This document shows, piece after piece, positions 57,296-64,000 of a DNA stretch of 64,000 nt. The notes beneath the pieces are model-generated. The model had not been told where the DNA came from. It made no database searches and saw only the letters and a program-made list of their open reading frames with translations. Made by a program: the position numbers and the translations under genes. The DNA comes from an uncultured Candidatus Rokubacteria bacterium (lineage in GTDB: Bacteria; Methylomirabilota; Methylomirabilia; Rokubacteriales; CSP1-6). The DNA is taken from contig CAWBMV010000001.1 in the NCBI GenBank assembly GCA_963789955.1, forward strand, positions 384,001-448,000, in the 5' to 3' direction. Position 1 is the stretch's first letter, and every line of letters begins with the position of its first letter.

Positions 57296-57619
57296 ATGAA
57301 AATCCGGATCGCAGTGATGATCGGGCTCGTGCTGGCCGGGTCGATGGTGGCCGGTCACGCGCTCGCCGCGAGGTCGGCGGCGGTCGGCATCAAGGAGTTC
57401 AAGTTCGCGCCGACGGCGCTCGAGATCCGCACGGGAACGACCGTGACGTGGACCAACCGTGACGAGGAGACGCACACGATCACGTCCACGACCGGGGCAT
57501 TCGCCTCGGCCGGTCTCGGCAACGACGAGACGTTCGCGCAGACGTTCACCCGCCCCGGGACGTACGAGTACTTCTGCGCGCTCCACCCGAAAATGCGGGC
57601 GACGGTGATCGTGAAGTGA
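57296..57619 (+). CDS. Secreted cupredoxin (amicyanin/plastocyanin-like)
   Basis: Signal peptide, VTWTN.D...HT, YFCALHPKM type-1 copper ligands. Confidence 0.9.
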   Translation: MKIRIAVMIGLVLAGSMVAGHALAARSAAVGIKEFKFAPTALEIRTGTTVTWTNRDEETHTITSTTGAFASAGLGNDETFAQTFTRPGTYEYFCALHPKMRATVIVK

Positions 57620-57669
57620 CCCAACGGCGGATCGGACGCACACCCGCACAACTACCGACGGAGGCCCAC

Positions 57670-58593
57670 ATGGATCGGATCGATCGTCGCGGATTTCTCG
57701 AGTGCATGGCGTGGACGGGCTCGGCGCTCGTCTGGACCTCGACCGGCGGCGTGCTGTCCTCGCGCATGGTCAGGCCGGCCGAGGCCGCGGAGGACACGGC
57801 CGGCACCTTCAGCTTCGTGCAGATCAGCGACACGCACATCGGCTTCAAGGGCCAGGCGAACAGCGATTCGGCGGCCACCTTGCAACAGCTGCTCGATCGG
57901 ATCAACGCGCTACGGCCGGCGCCCGCGTTCGTCCTGCACACCGGCGACCAGACGCACGGGCAGAAGCCGGGCGCGTTCGACACGCTCGCGGAGATGCTCA
58001 AGGGCGTGAAGACCGAGCGCATCTTCTACGTGCCGGGCGAGCACGACGTGTTCCTCGACGGCGGCAAGGAATATCTCACGCGCTACGGCAAGGGCACGGT
58101 CGGTGAGCACGGCTGGCAGAGCTTCGACTACAAGGGCACGCACTTCGTCGGCCTCGTCAACGTGCTCAAGTACAAGGGCGAGGGGATGGGTGCGCTCGGC
58201 CAGGACCAGATCGAGTGGCTCGAGAAGGACCTGGCCCCGCTGGCGACCAGCACGCCGGTCGTCGTCTTCGCGCACGTCCCGCTCTGGGCGGTCTATCCGC
58301 AGTGGGGCTGGGTCACCGAGGATGCCGAGCGCGCGCTGACCTCCCTGAAGCGCTTCGGCTCCGTCACCGTGCTCAACGGCCACATCCACCAGGTGTTGAC
58401 GAAGGTCGAAGGCAGCGTGAAGTTCCACACGGCGATGTCGACCGCCTTCCCCCAGCCGGCCCCGGGCGCCGCGCCGGCCCCCGGGCCCATGAAGATCCCG
58501 GAGACGGATGCGCGGCGCATGATCGGCGTGACCGAGGTGACGCTCGTCCGCGGGGCAGAGCCCCTGGCGATCGTCGACTCGACCCTGGGCTGA
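57670..58593 (+). CDS. Tat-exported metallophosphoesterase (calcineurin-like)
   Basis: DRRGFL Tat motif, SDTH, HTGD, PGEHD, HVP, NGHIH. Confidence 0.9.
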   Translation: MDRIDRRGFLECMAWTGSALVWTSTGGVLSSRMVRPAEAAEDTAGTFSFVQISDTHIGFKGQANSDSAATLQQLLDRINALRPAPAFVLHTGDQTHGQKPGAFDTLAEMLKGVKTERIFYVPGEHDVFLDGGKEYLTRYGKGTVGEHGWQSFDYKGTHFVGLVNVLKYKGEGMGALGQDQIEWLEKDLAPLATSTPVVVFAHVPLWAVYPQWGWVTEDAERALTSLKRFGSVTVLNGHIHQVLTKVEGSVKFHTAMSTAFPQPAPGAAPAPGPMKIPETDARRMIGVTEVTLVRGAEPLAIVDSTLG

Positions 58594-58612
58594 GCGACGC
58601 GCCGACGCTCGG

Positions 58613-59062
58613 CTAGGCCCGAAGCGCCGAGACGCGCAAGACGTCGATCTCGGCCGCGGACCGGCCCGCGAGCAGACGACGCGCGCGCTCGGTGATCCGC
58701 GCCACGGGGCTGCGCCGGTGCGGCAGCGGCATGACGACGAGATCGGCGTTGAAGCATTCCGCTTCCAGCGCGATCTCGTCGGCACGTTCGCCGAAGATCA
58801 CGGACGTCTCGACCGGCACACCGTCGAGATGGAGCGCCGCCAGTCGGCGCAGCTCCTCGGCGGTCGAGATCGCCAATCGCTCCATCCGCTGGTCGGTGGT
58901 GAGGAGGATCGAGTCGCGCGAGTCACGCAGCGGCTCGGGAATCGGAACCACCTCGAGCAGTCGGACGATGCCGCCGCTCTCGCCGGCGAGCATCCGCACG
59001 ACGCGCAGGGTGAACTCCATCGCTTTGGTTCGTTCGATCGGAACGAGAATTCGCTTCGCCAT
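58613..59062 (-). CDS. Universal stress protein (USP domain)
   Basis: KRILVPI, VRLLEV, FGERADEI...ADLVVM. Confidence 0.8.
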   Translation of the reverse strand: MAKRILVPIERTKAMEFTLRVVRMLAGESGGIVRLLEVVPIPEPLRDSRDSILLTTDQRMERLAISTAEELRRLAALHLDGVPVETSVIFGERADEIALEAECFNADLVVMPLPHRRSPVARITERARRLLAGRSAAEIDVLRVSALRA

Positions 59063-59131
59063 CACTTCTCCATCGTGTCGAGACCAGCCGTCTGGCTGTC
59101 GTCGCGTTGATAAAGCCCGTCCCGGTGTCGT

Positions 59132-59146
59132 GCAGCGAATGTGCCA
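59132..59146 (-). promoter_or_regulatory. Sigma54-like -24/-12 promoter
   Basis: Minus strand TGGCAC-ATTCG-CTGC upstream of the USP gene. Confidence 0.6.
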
Positions 59147-59306
59147 ATCGAATCGTGGCGGGGTGCCGACGATTCTTCCGATGCGGCACGGACTTACAGA
59201 GCCCGTCGTCATGCGAGAACCCGCGCGTCTGCCACTGCGTCGCTCACTCAACCGGCAATCGGACCTTTTGACGCCTTCGTAAGCGGCGGTATCATGCGCT
59301 CCCGCT

Positions 59307-60126
59307 ATGTCGCGAGCCCGCTCCGCGCGCATGTTGACAGCTGTCGCACTTGTTTGCGGGTCGATGTCCTGTCTCGGGCCGATGCGGGCGTGCGCGCAAA
59401 GCGTCTCCCCGAGCCTGGCCGGTATCGAGCTGCTTCAGATTCTCGGCGACGGCGTCGTCGGTGGCCCGGAGTCGGCACCGCCCCTCAGAGATCCCGGGCG
59501 GCTCGCCCGCTGGGAAGCAGGCGAGTGGCGCTACCGGATCACCTCCGGCGCGCGCAGCGGTCAGACAGAGGTCGAGATCGTGGCATCGATCAGCAAGACC
59601 GCTCGCGGAGAGACCTGGAAGCGAACGATCGGGCAGGAGTCGACGTTGTTCATTCGCGAGGTGAGCGGCGGCGGTCTCGTGCTGCCGAGCCAGATCACGC
59701 ATGCCTATCAGGCGCTCGTGTACTTCGAGCCGCCGCTGAGCTATCTGATCGCGGGGCTCGGGCCGGGTGAGTCGCGGACGTTCGACGGCCGGATGGACGT
59801 CTACAGCGTCAACAACCCGGCGATCAAGTGGTACACCGGCCGAATTCGCGCGACGACCGAGTACACCGGGGTCTACCGGGTCACGACGCCGGCCGGCACG
59901 TTCCGCGCGGCGCTGATCAAGTCCGAATACCAGATCGACATCTTCGCGGTGGTCTCGGTCAAGGACACCCTCTACACCTTCTACGCCGAGGGCATCGGCA
60001 AGGTCGCGGAGGCCGAGCACCGGCGCATCGCGGCCATGGGCTCTGTTCAACTCGGACACGAAGATCGGCAAGGTCCTCGTGTCGTACACTTCGATCAGCG
60101 TCCCGACCAGGGTCGAAGCGCCGTAA
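59307..60126 (+). CDS. Exported beta-rich hypothetical protein; probable +1 frameshift near 60042
   Basis: Signal-like N-terminus; RVTTPAGTF.A and FYAEGIGKV motifs; removing one T gives LFNSDTKIGKVLV...EAP* ending before the LLM RBS. Confidence 0.65.
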
Positions 60127-60145
60127 GCGGTCGACGGAGGGCTCG

Positions 60146-61201
60146 ATGGAATTCGGGCTGTTCTTCCTGATGCAGCGCGACGAGGCGTGGAGCGAGCAGA
60201 GCGTGTACGAGTCCGGCCTCGCGCAGATGCTGGCCGCCGAATCCCTCGGCTATTCCTCCGTGTGGATCGCCGAGCATCACTTCAACGACTACGGGCTCTG
60301 CCCGGCCCCTCAAGTGCTCGCGTCGTATGTCGCCGCCCGCACGACCAGGTTGCGACTCGGCATGGGCGTGAGCCTCTTGCCGTTGCACCACCCGGTGGAC
60401 CTCGCGGAGGAGCTGGCGGTGCTCGACGTGGTGAGCGGCGGACGGCTCGATATCGGCATCGGGCGCGGCGGCACGTTGCAGGACTACCAGACGTTTCAGT
60501 CCGATCGTGCCGACAGTCGCGAGCGCGTCGAAGAGGGGATCGCGCTCATGCGTCAGGCGTGGAGCGGCGCGCCGTTCGACTTCAAGGGCCGCTTCCACTC
60601 CGCGGAGCGGCTGCACGTGCGCCCGGCCACCACGCAGCGCCCGCATCCGCCGCTCTACATCGCCGCCAACAGCGAGGACAGCGTGCTCTCGGCGGCGCGC
60701 CTCGGCCTGCCCGCGCTCTCGTCGTTCTTCGTGCCGGTCCCGGAGCTCCAGCGGCGCCACACGCTCTATCGCGAGACGGCGCTCGCCGCCGGTCGCACGG
60801 AGCCTGAGATCGCCGCGCTCGAGCGTCGGGGATGGGGCATGCGCGTCGTGTACGTCGCGCATGGGCACGACGAGGCGCTGCAAGCGACCGAGGCGCCGTT
60901 CATGAGCTATCAGCGCCGGATGTCGGCCCTGCGGTCGGACGCCGCCGGCGGCTCGGTACCGAGCTCGTTCGATCGCTCGCTGCTGCGCCTGCGCGCCTTT
61001 CAGGACTACCTGGCCGACGGCTGGGCGCTCATCGGCACGCCGGACGAGGTGCGAGACGGTCTGAATCGCTACCTCGACGCCACCGGATACGAGCGCGTCC
61101 TGCTCCTGATGGCGCTGCCGGGGCTCTCGACCGATCTCGCGTTGCGGTCGATGCGGCTCTTCGCCGACGAGGTCGCGCCCAAGCTCGCACGTCGCCGCTG
61201 A
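60146..61201 (+). CDS. LLM-class flavin-dependent oxidoreductase
   Basis: MEFGLF, WIAEHHF, HHPVDLAEELAVLDVVSGGRLDIGIGRG. Confidence 0.9.
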   Translation: MEFGLFFLMQRDEAWSEQSVYESGLAQMLAAESLGYSSVWIAEHHFNDYGLCPAPQVLASYVAARTTRLRLGMGVSLLPLHHPVDLAEELAVLDVVSGGRLDIGIGRGGTLQDYQTFQSDRADSRERVEEGIALMRQAWSGAPFDFKGRFHSAERLHVRPATTQRPHPPLYIAANSEDSVLSAARLGLPALSSFFVPVPELQRRHTLYRETALAAGRTEPEIAALERRGWGMRVVYVAHGHDEALQATEAPFMSYQRRMSALRSDAAGGSVPSSFDRSLLRLRAFQDYLADGWALIGTPDEVRDGLNRYLDATGYERVLLLMALPGLSTDLALRSMRLFADEVAPKLARRR

Positions 61202-61254
61202 GCACGCTTGACTGCGGGTCCGCGCCGAGACACGATATCGCCGGGGAGAGAGCC

Positions 61255-62778
61255 ATGACCAAGTCCTTGGGGCTGCTGACGGAAGCCATCCTGGAGCGCG
61301 ATCAACCCCGCACGACCGACCTCTTTTTCCGGATGGTGAAGCGAGACGGCCAGTCGCTGAGCGACGCGCTGGACGTCGTGACGACCGCCGAGGCGCCGTT
61401 CGTCCAGGTGCCGAGCCACATCAACGTCCGCGACGGCCAGATCACGCTCATCAACAACGACCACACGATTCTCGGGCTGCGGACCGCCGCGAGCCTGGCT
61501 CCGTATCTGCCCGAGCAATACCGCATGCTCCCGTTCCTGCAGGGCGTGTGGTACATCCCCGCGGGCCTCGATATCTGGAACCAGCTCCTCGGCCGCTATC
61601 CCGGCCGATACGCGACGATGAAGGGCATGAACGTCCCGCCGCCGAGCTACGGGCCGGTCGTGTGGCACCGGGAGCAGCAGCCGATCGTGCAGGAAGGTCC
61701 CCTCGAGGAGCGGCTGCACGCCCACATGGTGGCGACGATCAGTGGTGACGTGCGGCAGTCGTACGGTCTCTTCCTCGGGCTGGCCCAAGACGAGAGCGCG
61801 CGGGCGCTCCTGCGCGATCAGATGCTCTTCCTGGGCTTGATCGATCTGCAAGATACGGTGGTCGGGCGCAAGGCGCGCAACACGGGCCACAAGGCATTGC
61901 GCGCCCGCGCGGCGACGGACCTGGCCGAGCTCATCGGCTGGGATCGGTCTCGCGGCGTCTTCTACATCTGCGTGCCGGACATGGCGGTCGGCCCGCTGTA
62001 CTACTCGCTCTACGACGCGGCGTGCGTGACGGTCAGCGCCGAGTTTCCGGACTCGGGCAAAGGCCTCAAGCAGGCGAACACGGCGCCGCTCGCCCCGGCC
62101 GAGGTCGAGGAGATGGTTCAGCTCCTCATGGAGGCCGACGCGCCGACCGTGTGGAATCTGATCACGACGCACCTGCGCAACGGCAAGTCGCTGACGAGCC
62201 TCGGCGACACGATCCAGATCGGCGCCGCGGAGCTGATCTTGCGGACGACGGTGCCGCGGCAGTTCACCGACGGCCAGCATCCCTTCGACTACTGCAACGT
62301 GGCGAACTACTGGATGCGGACGAGCCAGAATCCGTATCAGCCGCGCGTGCTGTACATGATGGCCAACTTCGTGAACGACGTCGCGCGCTCGAACAAGCTT
62401 CACGCCTCGCTGCTCGAGCGAGAGCGCGCCGGGTTCGACCGGACCGGCCGCTCGCCGCAGGAGCTCCTGCAGGAGCTCGACGAGGCCATCCTGGCGTTCG
62501 ACATCGCGCGCACCACCGCGGTGGCCGACGCGTATCTGAAGTCGGGCGCGGACCGGTCGGCGTATTTCGCCGCGATCGCGCTCACGGCCTGCAAGTTCCA
62601 GGACGATCCGCACAATCAGAAGATCACGCACTCGTCGTTCGAGGAGTACGGGCACAACTCGACGCATCTGCGGGATCGACTGCTGCTCGCGTCAGCGCGG
62701 TTACTGGCGGGCTGGCCGAAGATGCCGGGCGAGCGTGATTGCTACGGCCGCTTCATGAAGGAGTGGATCAACAACTGA
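61255..62778 (+). CDS. Hypothetical all-helical protein with four His-containing repeats
   Basis: 507-aa ORF with GGAGAG RBS and host-like codon use; repeat units end in NNDH/NTGH/DGQH/DDPH. Confidence 0.8.
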   Translation: MTKSLGLLTEAILERDQPRTTDLFFRMVKRDGQSLSDALDVVTTAEAPFVQVPSHINVRDGQITLINNDHTILGLRTAASLAPYLPEQYRMLPFLQGVWYIPAGLDIWNQLLGRYPGRYATMKGMNVPPPSYGPVVWHREQQPIVQEGPLEERLHAHMVATISGDVRQSYGLFLGLAQDESARALLRDQMLFLGLIDLQDTVVGRKARNTGHKALRARAATDLAELIGWDRSRGVFYICVPDMAVGPLYYSLYDAACVTVSAEFPDSGKGLKQANTAPLAPAEVEEMVQLLMEADAPTVWNLITTHLRNGKSLTSLGDTIQIGAAELILRTTVPRQFTDGQHPFDYCNVANYWMRTSQNPYQPRVLYMMANFVNDVARSNKLHASLLERERAGFDRTGRSPQELLQELDEAILAFDIARTTAVADAYLKSGADRSAYFAAIALTACKFQDDPHNQKITHSSFEEYGHNSTHLRDRLLLASARLLAGWPKMPGERDCYGRFMKEWINN

Positions 62779-62824
62779 GCGCGCCGAGCCATCGGCTCGA
62801 CGCGCCCGTCGCGAGACGGGAGCG

Positions 62825-63106
62825 CTATTCGGGGTCGACCTGAACCCAGCCGGTCAGGCGCATCGTCTCATCGCGGTCGGCTGACCGGCGATCTTCCTTG
62901 CGGCGCTCGACCACGGGCGTCCGATCCTCCCGACGACGATCAGTGCGGCGGCGATCGAAGATCACCCGCACGCCACGGTCGCCATCGAACGCGAACGCCA
63001 GCGAGTTGAAGCGCTCCGGAAGATCCCGCGACACGATGAACAGGGCCGGACGGCTCGGGACCAGGGTCGAGCGGTACGCGGGTCGTGCTGGAATGAGGAC
63101 TGTCAT
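62825..63106 (-). CDS. Small Arg-rich (D/E)RR-repeat protein
   Basis: LFIVSRD.P...VRVIFDRRRTDRRR...ERRKEDRR...GW; homologous to the C-terminus of 24254-26105. Confidence 0.75.
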   Translation of the reverse strand: MTVLIPARPAYRSTLVPSRPALFIVSRDLPERFNSLAFAFDGDRGVRVIFDRRRTDRRREDRTPVVERRKEDRRSADRDETMRLTGWVQVDPE

Positions 63107-63158
63107 CGGCCCAAGGATAGACCGGGACCCGCACAGGACCCAAGAATTGAGTGAGCCC

Positions 63159-64000
63159 TCACGCCGGCCCGGCCACGCGCTTGAGGAGGTCCATTTCGTC
63201 GAGCATCCGCCCGAGACCGAGGACCACGCAGCACGTCGGGTCCGCGGCGACCTTCACGGGGAGCTGCGTCTCCTGGACCAGGAGCCGGTCGAGTCCTCGC
63301 AGGAGGCTTCCACCGCCCGTCAGCACCAGGCCCGAGTCGACCAGGTCGGCCGCCAGCTCGGGCGGAGTCCGCTCCAGGCAGGTCCGGATGGTCTCGATGA
63401 TCGTCGTGACGGGCTCGCGGAGCGCCTCCCGGATCTCGTCCTCGTTGAGGGTGATCGTCTTCGGGATACCGTCCGCCAGGTCCCGGCCCTTGACCTCCAG
63501 GGAGCGGGTGGGGCCCTCGCTCGGGCAGGCCGAGCCCAGGGTGAGCTTGAGGTCCTCGGCCTGACGCTCGCCGATCAGGAGGTTGTAGTGCTTCCTGATG
63601 TGCTGCAGGATCGCCTCGTTCATCCCGTCGCCGGCGACCCTGACCGAGGTGCAGAAGATGACCCCGGCCAGCGAGATCACCGCGACCTCGGTGGTGCCGC
63701 CGCCGATGTCCACGATCAAATTCCCGCCGGGCTCCTGGACCGGTAGCCCGGCCCCGATCGCCGCCGCGACCGGCTCCTCGACGAGGTAGACCTCGCGCGC
63801 TCCCACGTGGCGTGCGGAATCCCGGACCGCCCGCCGCTCGACCTGGGTGATCCCGGCCGGCACCCCGATCACGACCTGGGGCTTGAGGACCGTCCGGAGC
63901 CAACGCTGGGTCCGCGCGATGAAGTAGCCGAGCATCCGCTCGGTCATCTCGAAGTCCGCGATGACCCCGTCCTTCAGGGGCTGGATGACCCGGATCTCCG
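63159..64000 (-). CDS. mreB: Rod shape-determining protein MreB (5'-truncated by window edge)
   Basis: PLKDGVIADF, VPAGITQVERRAV, EEPVAAAIGAGLPV, DIGGGTTEVAVISL, TPPELAAD, LTGGGSLL. Confidence 0.93.
   Translation of the reverse strand, partial: EIRVIQPLKDGVIADFEMTERMLGYFIARTQRWLRTVLKPQVVIGVPAGITQVERRAVRDSARHVGAREVYLVEEPVAAAIGAGLPVQEPGGNLIVDIGGGTTEVAVISLAGVIFCTSVRVAGDGMNEAILQHIRKHYNLLIGERQAEDLKLTLGSACPSEGPTRSLEVKGRDLADGIPKTITLNEDEIREALREPVTTIIETIRTCLERTPPELAADLVDSGLVLTGGGSLLRGLDRLLVQETQLPVKVAADPTCCVVLGLGRMLDEMDLLKRVAGPA

Noticed and set aside
1..64000. tRNA, rRNA, prophage or anti-phage defence genes
   Set aside because: None recognisable by eye; tRNAscan, Infernal and DefenseFinder were not run

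Overview
Very GC-rich bacterial DNA. The gene content and small-protein families suggest Candidatus Rokubacteria (Methylomirabilota); this is an inference, not a search result. 1-23.9 kb: one co-directional, tightly coupled exopolysaccharide/capsule operon. It encodes a priming sugar transferase, two nucleotide-sugar dehydrogenases, GT4/GT2 glycosyltransferases, a Wzx flippase, a Wzy/O-antigen-ligase-like protein, two deacetylases, a GNAT, a CapK-like ligase, DUF362, a formyltransferase, an AsnB-like amidotransferase, a heparinase II/III-like protein and a beta-helix protein. About 11.5-14 kb and 17.7-23.2 kb are full of single-base indels that look like long-read errors. 24-32.5 kb: signalling genes, a degenerate HNH-like protein, an acyltransferase pseudogene and a second, larger secreted beta-helix protein. 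32.8-51 kb: catabolic and redox genes (cupin, LLMs, SDRs, ThDP lyase plus formyl-CoA-transferase-like, amidohydrolases, Rieske ferredoxin and reductase), a hybrid kinase, and a response-regulator/sensor-kinase deletion fusion. 50.9-52.3 kb: an insertion sequence with doubled sub-terminal repeats. 52.3-64 kb: M48 lipoprotein, PRC-barrel stress cluster with an unannotated 26-aa membrane peptide, ECF sigma/anti-sigma with cupredoxin and phosphoesterase, USP, LLM, a four-repeat His protein and a partial mreB. Most notable: a recurrent Arg-rich (D/E)RR domain found both alone and fused to an ATPase-less histidine kinase; seven sigma54-like promoters, three sharing an upstream ATTTCCAGAT box; and mirror-image ECF promoters. 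No CRISPR array, tRNA or rRNA was seen.
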